From Coleofasciculus chthonoplastes F2-STO-03 (GTDB lineage Bacteria; Cyanobacteriota; Cyanobacteriia; Cyanobacteriales; Coleofasciculaceae): DNA of 64,000 nucleotides. The position numbers and the translations under genes are program-made. Of this stretch, positions 10,385-21,900 are shown one piece after another. Numbering within the stretch: the first letter of the stretch is position 1; the number at the start of each line of letters is the position of its first letter. The notes under the pieces were generated by a model that saw only the letters and a list, made by a program, of their open reading frames with translations, searched no databases and was not told the origin of the DNA. Location of the stretch: positions 1-64,000 of the forward strand of contig JAVJWO010000028.1 in the NCBI GenBank assembly GCA_040222015.1, written 5' to 3'.

Positions 10385-10981
10385 TCAACCTAACCGCTCA
10401 ATTTGGGCAACCCACTTTCCCCACCGTTGGGGGAGTTCATCAAGACAGGCTAACTCAAGCATAAAGCCTCGGTAACGACGGAGTGCGATCGCGTGAGCTT
10501 CGGGATAATCGGCGCAGCAATCAGAAATCACGGTAACCAAGAACCCCAACTGAGAGGCGGAAGCGGCGGTTAACAGAACACAAACCGATGTCACCAATCC
10601 CGCCGTCAGGATGTATTTTTTCCCCCTAGAGCGCAGATAATCCAGCAACGGAGGATGATGGAACCCATCTTGGGTTTGCTTTTCCATAACCATTTCTCCA
10701 GACTGCGCCGCCGCCACACTTAACACCTCGGCTCCCGGCGTTCCCCTGACACAAACCGCACGTCCCCGCAAACGATAGCGCGGTAACCAATCGGAACCAT
10801 CGGGATTAAAAACTTCCCGCAGATGCACCACTTCGAGTCCCTCTTGACGACAGAAGCACAGCAGACGCGCAATATTAGATTGGAATTGTGGAAACGCTTG
10901 CTCGAGTTCCGGATTCCAGAAATCCTGTTGCACATCAATTAACAGTAGGGCAAATTGCTGCCAGTCTCTATGATTCGTCAT
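10385..10981 (-). CDS. Isochorismatase-family cysteine hydrolase
   Basis: ALLLIDVQQDF, EK, GLVTSVCV, VISDCCA. Confidence 0.88.
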   Translation of the reverse strand: MTNHRDWQQFALLLIDVQQDFWNPELEQAFPQFQSNIARLLCFCRQEGLEVVHLREVFNPDGSDWLPRYRLRGRAVCVRGTPGAEVLSVAAAQSGEMVMEKQTQDGFHHPPLLDYLRSRGKKYILTAGLVTSVCVLLTAASASQLGFLVTVISDCCADYPEAHAIALRRYRGFMLELACLDELPQRWGKWVAQIERLG

Positions 10982-11104
10982 TTGTCATTTGTCATTTGTC
11001 ATTTGTCATTTGTCATTTGTCATTTGTCATTTGTCATTTGTCATTTGTCATTTGTCATTTGTCATTTGTCATTTGTCATTTGTCATTTGTCATTCGTCAT
11101 TTGT
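10973..11104 (-). repeat. STRR heptamer array (ATGACAA)n, ~18 units, running into the isochorismatase start codon
   Basis: Perfect tttgtca repeats on the + strand. Confidence 0.97.
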
Positions 11105-11213
11105 TGATAAGGATGCTTTGCTTTTTTTTGCACGGAAGGGGGAGAATTTAAAGCCTCTCTCCTTGCAGGAGAGAGGTTTGGAGAGAGGTTTTCCAGATCC
11201 CGTGAAAAGTAAG

Positions 11214-11262
11214 GACACCCGACACCCGACACCCGACACCCGACACCCTACACCCGACACCC
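11214..11262 (+). repeat. (GACACCC)n heptamer array, ~7 units, overlapping the lipoate-ligase stop
   Basis: Direct reading. Confidence 0.92.
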
Positions 11263-12054
11263 CCGCACCGCTAAAATTTCTTGCCATTCCTGATCGGATA
11301 ACGGTTGTACAACAAACTCCACACCAAAACAATCGGCGGCGGCTTGGGTTAATGCTTCGATCACCGTTTGCCTTAATTCATCCCCTCGCTGAGTCAGAGG
11401 TAAATTTACAGTGGATGGTTCACCAAACACCTGAGCAAATAACTGAGCATCTGGCTCTAAGCGCATCGAACCATGTTGTAATATAGCGTCGCCACGTCGC
11501 AACTGGGCGCTGCCAATCAGTTTGTTCCCCTCACTTGTCACCAAATCGGCACCCGTAGCTGTGGCAAAACAATTGGGATTGTGGCGATACTCTCGTCCCG
11601 CCTTACCATAGTGCAAATCGACGCCGAGCGATCGCCATCCCTGAATCAAAAATTTACAAATCTGCTGATAGGCTTCCAGGCGTTTGTTACTGAGTCCTGA
11701 AGTCACCACCATATACGTTAAATCACCTTGGTGTAGCACAGCGCGTCCTCCCGTCGGACGTCGAACTAAGGGAATCGGTTTTCCCTTCCAGGTCAGATTT
11801 TGCCAAGTCGGAGACCAACGACATTGATGGTACCCTAGGGAAATTGTGGCGGATTCCCAAGTGTAAAACCGCAGAACTGGAGAATTTTTAGCACCTGTAT
11901 ATCCAGACGTGCCATGGCACGTCTGGATATTGCCTCCCCGCTCGCCGGTACGTTGTTCTAGAAGCCATTGGTCAATTGCCATCTGAAGCTGTCCGGAGAG
12001 GCATAGGGGAGGGATTAAACGCCAAGGTGATTGGCTCGTCAGGATTGGTTTCAT
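11248..12054 (-). CDS. Lipoate-protein ligase A / octanoyltransferase family protein
   Basis: QMAIDQWLL, LRFYTW, VRRPTGGRAVLH, KLIGSAQ, LQHGS. Confidence 0.88.
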   Translation of the reverse strand: MKPILTSQSPWRLIPPLCLSGQLQMAIDQWLLEQRTGERGGNIQTCHGTSGYTGAKNSPVLRFYTWESATISLGYHQCRWSPTWQNLTWKGKPIPLVRRPTGGRAVLHQGDLTYMVVTSGLSNKRLEAYQQICKFLIQGWRSLGVDLHYGKAGREYRHNPNCFATATGADLVTSEGNKLIGSAQLRRGDAILQHGSMRLEPDAQLFAQVFGEPSTVNLPLTQRGDELRQTVIEALTQAAADCFGVEFVVQPLSDQEWQEILAVRGCRV

Positions 12055-12454
12055 CGCTTCATCGAATATTTACAATCGTTGTCATACAGTAGACAAAACT
12101 TTACATTTTAATTTTGCCACTTTCATCTCCTTTTATCCTGTTTGAGCGAAACCGTAATACGTTTTAATACGACATATTCTTAGATTTAATCCACTTGTTT
12201 TAGGTGTAAACCAATCAACTATTATTTAATCACTAAAGTAAATAAATAGATGTAATACAAAAAAATATTGTATGATGTTTTTCTTCTATTGGGAAAGAAA
12301 AAAAGTTTTTATAAAAGTCTTAGGTTTTTACCCACAACACCCTCTTTATAGTGTTATTAATTAAATAGAAATGAATCAGGAGCATTAGAAATACTGAATA
12401 GGGTTTAGCCGAGTAGTATTATATCTGTTAGTTCGTCAAAAACATGGTGTCGTC

Positions 12455-13654
12455 ATGACCGTTAAATCAATCAAACCGAATGTGTCTTTCAGCTTGTTTA
12501 CAGCATCTAAGCAAGTTCAATTTATTCAAACATTAAAACGGATTCGGTTTAGCGGTCATCTGATATTGACAAGTCCAGACGACCAAAAATGGGTGTTTTA
12601 TCTATGCCAAGGTTCTCTGATGTATGCCACAGGCGGCACTCATCCGGTGAGACAGTGGCTGAGAAATGTAGCTGCCCATAGTCCCCAGTTAAAATTAGAT
12701 CGCTTAGCCATACAGCGTGATTTAACAGGATTTAATCAAGCCAATTGTAAAACCTGTTGGCAATATCACCTGTTGAGTGTATGGGCAAAGCAACAGAAAA
12801 TCACCCATGAACAAATCACTCATCTGATTAAATCGGTGATCACGGAAGTCTTGTTTGATATCGCCCACGCCCAGCAAACCACCTACCAAATTAAACAAGA
12901 TAATACGTTATCCACCGAACTTCCGGTCATTGATGTAGAAGAAGCGATCGCAGAAGCAAATCAGTTATGGCAGGCTTGGCATCACGATGTAGTGGCGGAC
13001 TATTCTCCCAACCTGGCTCCGGTGATTAGACAACCCAAAGCCTTGGAAGCCCGGACGTCAGAGGCGGTTTACCACCTCCTAAGCAAACTTTTGGACGGGA
13101 AACATACGTTGCGGGATGTGGCGGTGCAGATGAAGCGGGATGTCTTGCAAGTGACTCGTTCTCTGTTGCCTTATATTCGCTGGGGATTAGTGGAGTTGAT
13201 TTGTATCCCTGATTTCCCGAGTCCCGTCAAGCAAGAGAGTTCAGAAAATCCACCCGCCACCACCCAATCCACCCAGCCACTGATTGCTTGTGTGGATGAC
13301 AGTCCCTTGGTTTGCAACACCATGGAAAAACTCCTCAACGCCAGTGGTTATCGATCGCTGGTTATCGACGATGGCTTGCGTGCGATCGCGCTTTTGATTT
13401 CTCGTAAACCTGACTTAATCTTTCTCGATTTGGTGATGCCGAATACCAATGGCTATGAGATTTGCGCCAAATTACGCAAATTGCAAGCATTTCGCGATAC
13501 GCCGATTATGATTTTGACCGGAAAAGATGGCATTGTTGATCGCGTTCGAGCCAAATTAGTAGGCGCATCTGATTTCTTGAATAAACCCATTGATGCGGGA
13601 ACTGTACTTAATGTTATCAGCAAGCATCTTAAGCAGAATGTTGTTGATCACTAG
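12455..13654 (+). CDS. PatA-type response regulator (PATAN + REC)
   Basis: N-terminal YATGGTHPVRQW; C-terminal REC CVDDS...FLDLVMP...LTG...KP. Confidence 0.9.
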   Translation: MTVKSIKPNVSFSLFTASKQVQFIQTLKRIRFSGHLILTSPDDQKWVFYLCQGSLMYATGGTHPVRQWLRNVAAHSPQLKLDRLAIQRDLTGFNQANCKTCWQYHLLSVWAKQQKITHEQITHLIKSVITEVLFDIAHAQQTTYQIKQDNTLSTELPVIDVEEAIAEANQLWQAWHHDVVADYSPNLAPVIRQPKALEARTSEAVYHLLSKLLDGKHTLRDVAVQMKRDVLQVTRSLLPYIRWGLVELICIPDFPSPVKQESSENPPATTQSTQPLIACVDDSPLVCNTMEKLLNASGYRSLVIDDGLRAIALLISRKPDLIFLDLVMPNTNGYEICAKLRKLQAFRDTPIMILTGKDGIVDRVRAKLVGASDFLNKPIDAGTVLNVISKHLKQNVVDH

Positions 13655-13738
13655 TCAGTGGTTTTAGGTGAAAATCACTGACTAACAACGAAAATTCAAT
13701 CAAAACCATCCATTCTTATTTTACGCGAGGTAAATATC

Positions 13739-14110
13739 ATGGGAACTGCCCTAGTTGTTGAAGATTCTGCCACCGACATGCAAATTATCATTAATTGTCT
13801 ACAGCAAGGAGGTATCAACGTATTGACTGCTGACAGTGGTGAAGCCGCCCTAGAAAAACTGAATAACCACAAACCTGATGTGATTGTTCTAGACGTTGTG
13901 CTTCCCGGACTCAGTGGGTTTGAAATCTGTCGTGATTTAAAAGCCGCTGCTAATACCCGCAAAATCCCGATTGTGATTTGCTCAACTAAAGGCGGTGAGA
14001 TGGATAAGTTTTGGGGGATGAAACAAGGTGCTGATGCCTATCTCTCTAAACCCGTTGATCAAGATGAGTTGCTGCGTACCGTCAAACAATTGACGCTGAG
14101 ATCGGCTTAA
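13739..14110 (+). CDS. CheY-like response regulator 1
   Basis: VVEDS, LDVVLPG, CST, KP; FWGMKQGADAY as in PilH/PixH-type regulators. Confidence 0.92.
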   Translation: MGTALVVEDSATDMQIIINCLQQGGINVLTADSGEAALEKLNNHKPDVIVLDVVLPGLSGFEICRDLKAAANTRKIPIVICSTKGGEMDKFWGMKQGADAYLSKPVDQDELLRTVKQLTLRSA

Positions 14111-14244
14111 TGTCCATTCGATCTAGATTGGTCATTACTGGATTGAGTGGAAGTTAACCCTGAGATATACCGAAAAATAATCCAAACCCTAATGATTAAT
14201 CTAGACTCACCAAATCCCATTCATTTTTTCATGAGGTCAAGACT

Positions 14245-14610
14245 ATGGGGACTGCTTTAGTCGTTGAAGATTGCCTGACAGATTTGCAAATTATCAAGCG
14301 CTGCTTACAGGAAGATGGGATCAAAGTTATAACGGCTGACAGTGGTGAAGAAGCACTTGCCAAACTTAGCAGCCAAAAACCTGATGTAATTGTTCTGGAT
14401 GTTGTGTTACCCGGTCGGAGTGGATTTGAAGTTTGCCGTGACATTAAAGACGCCGCTAATACCAAAAGCATCCCTGTGGTTATTTGCTCGACCAAAAGTG
14501 GCGAAATGGATAAATTTTGGGGGATGAAACAAGGTGCCGATGCCTACATTGGTAAACCGATTGATCAGGCAGAACTTTTACGTACAGTGAAACAGTTAAT
14601 TCGAGCCTGA
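14245..14610 (+). CDS. CheY-like response regulator 2 (tandem duplicate)
   Basis: Highly similar to 13739..14110 with intact LDVVLPG. Confidence 0.92.
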   Translation: MGTALVVEDCLTDLQIIKRCLQEDGIKVITADSGEEALAKLSSQKPDVIVLDVVLPGRSGFEVCRDIKDAANTKSIPVVICSTKSGEMDKFWGMKQGADAYIGKPIDQAELLRTVKQLIRA

Positions 14611-14748
14611 TCAACGAGAGAAAGTAGGAGTATCTCATTTTAGCAACAGCGGTGCATTGGCAAAACCTACGCCAAGCGTAACTATCTTTCTCGCCTAGAG
14701 AAGTCCATGAGTCAGATACTCACACTACCTAACTTGTAGAGAATATCA

Positions 14749-15324
14749 ATGTCCAACGTTTTACTCAGCTCAAATCCTTCCTTACCCACTACCCCAACCC
14801 AAGAACAATTGTCGGGTTCTCCTACCCAAGCAAATGAACAGTTTTTACGCTTTCATTTGTTACCCGATACCACCGCTTTATTACCCATTCATCAACTCAC
14901 TGAAGTATTAACCATTCCTAGAGGTCAAATTGTCCCAATTTTTCAAATGCCAGGTTGGGTGATGGGGGCTTACAATTGGCGGGGTGAAGTCTTATGGATG
15001 GTTGATTTAGGTCATTTAGTGGGACTTACACCCTGGTATCAACAGGCGGCTAATAGTTCAGCGTATACGGCAATTGTGCTGCAAGCCAAAACCAAATCGT
15101 CAACCTCCACCCAAGCCAACAGCGAAATGTTAGGACTTGTGGTCAACCGAGTTGAAGATATTGAATGGTGTAATGCTGATTGGATTCAATCTCCTCCCTC
15201 CGCTAGTGTGACTCCGGAATTAGTGCCTTTCTTGCGTGGGTATTGGTTGAAAAATAATGGTGAAATGCTCGTGATTGTTGATGGAAATGCGATTATTGCA
15301 TCAATGCCCAAGCTATCTATTTAA
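14749..15324 (+). CDS. cheW: CheW-like coupling protein
   Basis: IVPIFQMPGWVMGAYNWRGEVLWMVDL. Confidence 0.9.
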   Translation: MSNVLLSSNPSLPTTPTQEQLSGSPTQANEQFLRFHLLPDTTALLPIHQLTEVLTIPRGQIVPIFQMPGWVMGAYNWRGEVLWMVDLGHLVGLTPWYQQAANSSAYTAIVLQAKTKSSTSTQANSEMLGLVVNRVEDIEWCNADWIQSPPSASVTPELVPFLRGYWLKNNGEMLVIVDGNAIIASMPKLSI

Positions 15325-15606
15325 GGGGTGAAGGGAGTCCATTATTAGACCTAAACCTGCCCTGACCAAGTTTTAAGTTTTCCCAGTTTTCGTTCTAACT
15401 CATCAATTATGAATCAGGGTGATCTACATTTCCACGATTAACTTGTTTTTGTTTCAGTTAACTGGACTTACATGACCGATTCTTGAATAAAACTGCCTCG
15501 CATTTAGTTGCAGTTAGATTTCTACCCAAAAGCTTATACGATTCCATATCCCATTATCGTAGAACCCCCTGCCAATGGAAATAGGTTAGGAGGCAAATCG
15601 TAGGAC

Positions 15607-18540
15607 ATGGACTCGAGTAAGTCCAGTTTTGAGCAATTTGCCAACTCCTCCGTATTTTGTATTAAAGAGGTTCGATTCATGACTAGACTTTCTCCCAAAC
15701 CGGGTTCCCATCACGATACCAATGGTCGCGGTTCTTACTCAAAGAATCTGCCGATTGAGGCTCAAACCTATTCGAGTGACTATCCGCCATCGATGCCCTA
15801 TCGAACGCCTGGAACTGCTGATCAACCTCTACCCAAATTGTCTTCACTTGAGGCAATGGGAAAAGCGCCAGAACCGCGATCAAACCGTCGCGGGTTGCTG
15901 TCTAGTCTGCGAAGTAAAGCGATTGGTTTAGCCCTAGCGATTGGAACGTTACCCGTGTTAGCGGTGGGGGCGACTGCCTACTTCACAGCCAGTGGCGGGA
16001 TGTATGACCAAGTTATCAGTAACGAACAAACGAACACGATTGACTTGGAAGACAAATTAGAACTGTTCATGCAAGAGCGCTACAGTGACATTCAAGTGAT
16101 GGCTGAACTACCAGCGTTTACGAATCCGCAAGTCAGTGAGGTGATGTCGCGCGAAGAGAAGGAAACACTTCTGGATGACTATGAGAAACTCTACGCTACG
16201 TATGACAGTATCGCTGTATTTGATCTTCAGGGCAATGTTATCGCTCAATCGGAATCTGGCGGAGAAATTTTCACGAATCACTTTGACCAAGACTATTTTC
16301 AGGAAGTCTTGAAAAGCGATCGCGTCTTCATCCGGGAACCACGGGTTTCTGAGTTTAGTAAAAAGTTCAGTCTTTTTATAACAGCACCGATTAAGGATTC
16401 GGTAACGGGACAAACCATTGCTATCATTCGTTCCCGTGCCCCCATGGACACCGTGAATGGTATTTTCGGTGTGACCAAAGATCGGCAACAAGAATTTCAC
16501 TTGATTGATACGGCGGGTAACGTGGTGGCTTCAGACGATCCTAATGATATTGGTGAAACATTCGAGGAAAAGTTTCCCACGATGTATAGTAAAGTTCAAC
16601 AAAACCAGGAAAACGTCCTGACCATTGTTGAACAGCGAACTGGACGGGAAGACGTTATTACTTACTCTCCCACAGAAGAACTGGCTGAACTGTATAACCT
16701 GAACTGGGCGCTGATTATTGTCCGTCCCACTGATGTGGCGTTTGCACCGCAACGGAATATGCTCTGGACTCTGGGCTTAGGGACCGGTGGTGCCGCCTTA
16801 ATGGTTGGTGCAGTTGCGACGTTCGTGGCTGGGAACGCTACCCGACCGATTGTGGATGCAGCCGGTGCGGTGTCAAAAATTGGTCAAGGTGACTTGGATA
16901 CTCGCTTGCAGGTTAAAGGAGAGGACGAACTGGCGACTCTGGGTGCAAACATTAACGATATGGCGGGTCAGTTAGAGGTATTTATCCAAGAACAAGAACT
17001 CGCTGCCGAACAAGCCCGTTTACTGGCAGATATTACAGGTTCTCGCACCTTGAAATCCCAGGAAATCCGGGATCTCTTCCAGAAAGCGGTTGAGGAAACC
17101 CGCAAAATCCTTAAGGCTGAACGAGTGATGATCTTCCAATTTAACCCCGATGGTAGCAGCTATGTGGCGGCTGAATCAGTGGCAATGGGTTGGCCCCGTA
17201 GCCTGAATGACAAGATGGAAGAACTCACTCTGTCTGAGGAACGACGCCAGACGTATAAAGAAGCCCGTGTTGTCGCTACCAATCATGTCTTTGAAGCGGA
17301 TTTAGTACCAGAGGAACAAAAATTAATGGCACGTTTGGGTGTCAAAGCCAACTTAGAAGTGCCAATTCTCCACGAAGGTCAACCCTTCGCGTTGATCATG
17401 GCGCACCAATGTTCGGTTCCTCGTGAATGGCAAACGGCAGAAGTCAACTTCTTTAAACAGTTAGGGGGTCAGATTGGACTGGTAATCGACCGAGTAATGC
17501 TCCTAGAAACTACCGACAAACTGGCGCAAGAACAACGGGAGTTGAAAGAAGGCTTACAACAACGCGCTTTAGAACTCCTGAAGGAAGTAGACCCGATTAG
17601 TAAAGGTGACTTAACCATTCGGGCGCGAGTCACAGCGGATGAAATTGGTACAATTGCCGACTCGTACAACGCCACGGTAGGAAACTTACGCAAGATTGTC
17701 GAACAGGTGCAAGACGCCGCCACCCAGGTGGCAACAACCACAAGCAGCAACGAAGTGGCGGTTCAATCCCTATCCCAAGAAGCCTTGATGCAAGCCGAGC
17801 AAATTTCCTACGCTCTTAGCCGTGCCCAAGAAATGGCAGAAACAGTACGCATGGTTGCCGCCCACGCTGAACAAGCGGAAATTGCAGTGCAAGAAGCCTC
17901 TCAGACTGTGGCAGAAGGGGACGACAACATGAACCGGACAGTTGAAGGGATTCTAGCAATTCGTGAAACTGTAGCAGAAACAGCGAAAAAAGTCAAACAC
18001 TTGGGTGAATCATCCCAAAAGATTTCCACCGTTGTTAACCTGATTAGCACCTTTGCCGCCCAAACCAACCTGCTAGCGCTGAACGCCTCCATTGAGGCAG
18101 CCCGCGCCGGAGAAGAAGGACGAGGGTTCGCGGTGGTTGCGGACGAAGTACGTGCCTTGGCGCGGCAATCGGCAGAAGCGACAGCAGAAATTGAAAAACT
18201 GGTGGCGGCGATTCAAGGGGAAACGAATGAAGTGGTTGCGGCGATGGAAGCAGGGACAGAACAGGTGGTCACGGGTACAAAATTAGTGGACGAAACTCGT
18301 GCCTCTCTGAACAAAATTGCCACAGCTTCTAACCAGATTAACCAATTGGTTGAAGCGATTGCCAACGCCACAGTTGTTCAATCCCGAGCCTCTGAAGATG
18401 TGACCCAAACGATGACCAATGTGGCAGACATTGCTGCCCAAACCTCACAAGAAGCGGGTTTGGTTTCGTCTTCGTTTGAACAACTGCGAAAAGTGGCACA
18501 ATCTCTACAAGCTAACGTGGGTCAGTTTAAGTTGAAGTAG
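15607..18540 (+). CDS. Methyl-accepting chemotaxis protein: TM-Cache-like-TM-HAMP-GAF-HAMP-MA (start may be 15679)
   Basis: Two TM helices flanking a periplasmic domain, HAMP (DELATLG), CBCR-like [37 protein letters not shown]. Confidence 0.93.
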   Translation: MDSSKSSFEQFANSSVFCIKEVRFMTRLSPKPGSHHDTNGRGSYSKNLPIEAQTYSSDYPPSMPYRTPGTADQPLPKLSSLEAMGKAPEPRSNRRGLLSSLRSKAIGLALAIGTLPVLAVGATAYFTASGGMYDQVISNEQTNTIDLEDKLELFMQERYSDIQVMAELPAFTNPQVSEVMSREEKETLLDDYEKLYATYDSIAVFDLQGNVIAQSESGGEIFTNHFDQDYFQEVLKSDRVFIREPRVSEFSKKFSLFITAPIKDSVTGQTIAIIRSRAPMDTVNGIFGVTKDRQQEFHLIDTAGNVVASDDPNDIGETFEEKFPTMYSKVQQNQENVLTIVEQRTGREDVITYSPTEELAELYNLNWALIIVRPTDVAFAPQRNMLWTLGLGTGGAALMVGAVATFVAGNATRPIVDAAGAVSKIGQGDLDTRLQVKGEDELATLGANINDMAGQLEVFIQEQELAAEQARLLADITGSRTLKSQEIRDLFQKAVEETRKILKAERVMIFQFNPDGSSYVAAESVAMGWPRSLNDKMEELTLSEERRQTYKEARVVATNHVFEADLVPEEQKLMARLGVKANLEVPILHEGQPFALIMAHQCSVPREWQTAEVNFFKQLGGQIGLVIDRVMLLETTDKLAQEQRELKEGLQQRALELLKEVDPISKGDLTIRARVTADEIGTIADSYNATVGNLRKIVEQVQDAATQVATTTSSNEVAVQSLSQEALMQAEQISYALSRAQEMAETVRMVAAHAEQAEIAVQEASQTVAEGDDNMNRTVEGILAIRETVAETAKKVKHLGESSQKISTVVNLISTFAAQTNLLALNASIEAARAGEEGRGFAVVADEVRALARQSAEATAEIEKLVAAIQGETNEVVAAMEAGTEQVVTGTKLVDETRASLNKIATASNQINQLVEAIANATVVQSRASEDVTQTMTNVADIAAQTSQEAGLVSSSFEQLRKVAQSLQANVGQFKLK

Positions 18541-18589
18541 TCATCCGTCATTTGTTGATTCGTTTGATTAACCGCCTTGGTTTCAGAGT

Positions 18590-18906
18590 GTAGGGGCGAA
18601 CCGATAGCATCAATCAACAACTCCAGAAACAGGGCGGGTTTATTCACATCAAGGTGCAATCGAAAAGATAGTAGTAAAACCCGCCCCTACAGAGGATTGG
18701 ATCGCCCTTTATTTTTAGGGAATAGGAATAGGGAATAGGGAATAGGGAATAGGTAAGACAAAAGCTTACTGGCGGAACACATCCAAAATTGGGGACGAGA
18801 TTTTAGGGTTAAATCGGGCGCAAGCCTTGCGCCCCTACAGGAGACAAAGGACGAATGACAAATGACAAAGGACGAATGACAAATGACAAAGGACGAATGA
18901 CAAATG
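18590..18906. repeat. Repeat cluster: nested REP elements, (GGGAATA)5, GGGCGCAAGCCTTGCGCCCCTAC REP, STRR array ending at the cheA ATG
   Basis: Direct reading. Confidence 0.85.
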
Positions 18907-21900
18907 GCACTCAACCCCGATATTCGCGATCAAGCCTATCAATTCTTTATTGAAGAAGCACCGGAACTTCTACAAAATATTGAAGCAGGGCTGCTTAACC
19001 TGCGCCAGGATCGGAGCACGGCAAATGTCCATGGAATGATGCGAGCAGCTCATTCATTAAAAGGAGGTTCAGCGAGTGTAGAATTGGAGGCGATTAAGAC
19101 TATCGCTCATCGCCTAGAAAATATTTTTAAGGCACTCTACAACAAAACTGTTGAAATTGATACAGACTTAGAGAGTCAATTGCTGCAAGCGTATGACTGT
19201 TTGCGTCTGCCATTGATGGAGCAAATTGCCACCAATCAGTTTGATCAAGAGCAAGCCTTAGCTATTGCTGAACCGATTTTTGAACAGATTGAAGCTAGGT
19301 TAGGCGATGCTTTAACTCAGGCAGATAATTTTATCCCGAGTTCATCAGAATTAGGGGTGGATATGGCATTATCCATCTTTGAAGTGGATGTGGAACAAGG
19401 ATTGGAATTACTGTCTCAGGTGGTGGCAGATCCAGATCATCATCCGGTAGCCGGAGAATTACGGGCGCAAGCGGATGTATTTTCGGGGTTTGCCGAATTT
19501 TTAAATCTACCCGGATTTGGCGCGATCGCAAACACGGCAATTACGGCGCTAAATGCCCACCCAGACAAGGCGTTAGAGATTACTCAAGTTGCCCTGGCTG
19601 ATTTTGATGCAGGCAGACTGGCAGTGTTAAATGGCGATCGCAGCCAAGGTGGTACACCATCGCCTCAGTTAATGGCTTTAGCAGGTGTGGCTGATGAGAC
19701 CCCTCCTGCAAGGAATAGAGAAGCTGGGGAAGCTGGGGGAGCTGGGGAAGCTGGGGAAGCAGAATTTAAATTTAAAGCTTATCCGGGTAGTATTGAGACC
19801 CCTTCCCTTGCAGGGAAGGGGGCTGGGGGGTTAGGTTTTCCAGCATCCGAAGAGTCGCTGTCTACTTCTTTCTTAGATCCTGATACTGAACCGCTTTTAG
19901 CCGATTTAGAAGCGGGGGTTCCCTCGTTGGAAGATGTTTTTGGGGAGATAGAAGCCGACACCAGTCAGGAAGAAGAAGAAGAAGTAGAAGTAGAAGTAGA
20001 AGTAGAAGAAGAAGTCGTAGTAGAACCCGAACCAGAAGAGGAATTAACAGCAGCGTCGGCATCGAGTCTAAGTATACCTGCACCAGAAACCCTGGAAGAA
20101 GCGATCGCATCCATTGGGCAAGTGTATGAGGAATTGCCGGAAGTTGAAGATTTACCTGCACCTGCGGTAAATAATGACACAACTCCCACTGTTACCTCCA
20201 GTAACTTGGTTCCCTCTCAATCGGGTTCGAGTGAACTCTCTGCTACTCATCCATCTGCCCAACCCACATCCGAGAACCAAGAACCTGAATCAGTATCGCC
20301 GAAACCTTCTAAATCTAAACAAGAAGCGGCGACGCCTCACCTATCGGTACGGGTTGACTCGGAACGACTAGAACGCATGAATAATCTGGTGGGTGAGTTA
20401 GCGATTAACCGGAATGGGTTATCCCTGCAACACCAGCAACTACAACGATCTGTGCGAGAGTTATTAGAACGATTTAGCCGGGTGCAAACTATGGTGAATC
20501 ATTTGCGGGAACTCTCGGACAAGATGCTGATTTCACCTGAACGTTATAACCCCCAGATCAACATCGCCCTGCTGAATCAATTGACGGAGTTTGTCAGTCG
20601 CACCGAAGAGTTTGATTCCCTGGAATTAGATAACTATAGTATCCTCAACTCCCGACTGCAACAACTGATTGAAGATATGGTGCAGGTGGAAGAATCGGTG
20701 GATGATGTCGCCCTATTTGCCAAGCAATCGGATCAAACTCTGGAACAGCAACGGCAAATGCTGACCAGTTTACGGGATGAGTTGATGTGGGCGCGGATGT
20801 TGCCCTTGGGTGAAGTTCTCAACCGTTATCCGCGTGTGATCCGAGATTTGTCTACGCGGTATGAAAAATCGGTTAATTTGAAACTGAATGGGACGAATGT
20901 TCTGGTAGATAAAGCGGCTTTAGAAAAACTCTATGATCCGCTAATGCATTTACTTCGCAATGCTTTTGACCATGGGATTGAATTGCCAGAGGTAAGGCGT
21001 CAGCAGGGGAAACCGGAGGTTGGGCAAATTGAGATTCGCGCCTATCACCAAGGCAGTCAAACCATTATAGAGGTGAAAGATGATGGTCAAGGATTGAATA
21101 TTAAACGGATTGGTCAACAGGCGATTGACATGGGATTGGTGTCACCGGAACAACTGACGACGCTGACGCCGAATCGATTATTTGAGTTTCTGTTTGAACC
21201 TGGATTTTCCACGGCGGAACAAGTGAGTGAATTGTCGGGGCGAGGGGTAGGATTGGATGTGGTGCGATCGCAGATGCGTTCCTTAAAAGGGACGATTTCG
21301 GTTCATTCATCTCCTGGTGTGGGGACAACGTTTACCTTACGCCTACCCTTAACCCTCACTATTGGTAAATTACTCGTCTGTTTCGTTGGTTCTACGGCGT
21401 TGGCGTTACCCTCAGACAGTGTAGAAGAAATTGTTATTCCCAAAGGGAATCAAGTCAAAACCACCGGAGAACAGCGATTTCTACGCTGGCGGGGTCAAAT
21501 TGTTCCCACCTATCGGTTAACGGATTTATTGGATTATGCTTGTCCCTTACCCGAAACCTGTCCCAGTCAGGCATTAGTTTCGGTTCCATCACCAACGAAT
21601 TGGGCGTTACCGATGCTCGTGTTACGTCAAGATCAATATGTTCTCGCCCTAGAAATTGATCGCCTAGTCACAGAACAGGAGTTAGTGATTAAACCCTTCG
21701 GCAGTGCGATCGCGCCTCCTAGTTTTACTTATGGCTGTACTATCTTAGGGGATGGTAGTTTAATTCCAGTGATTGATGGCGCCGTCTTAATGGATCAGCT
21801 TTTAGGTCAAAGCAGCCAGTCAATCTCAATTACATCCAGCAACCGCACTCTTGTGAGTATTCCGGAGTCCCGTTCTGCTCACAATAATGAGACCAAAGCT

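Noticed and set aside
10888..11486. ORFs with SFVICHL and TRHPTPD repeats (also 18687..18914 and 49727..49948)
   Set aside because: Translations of heptamer STRR arrays, not credible proteins
19779..20189. Poly-Leu / poly-Ser antisense ORFs
   Set aside because: Shadows of the GAA/GAAGTA-rich cheA linker
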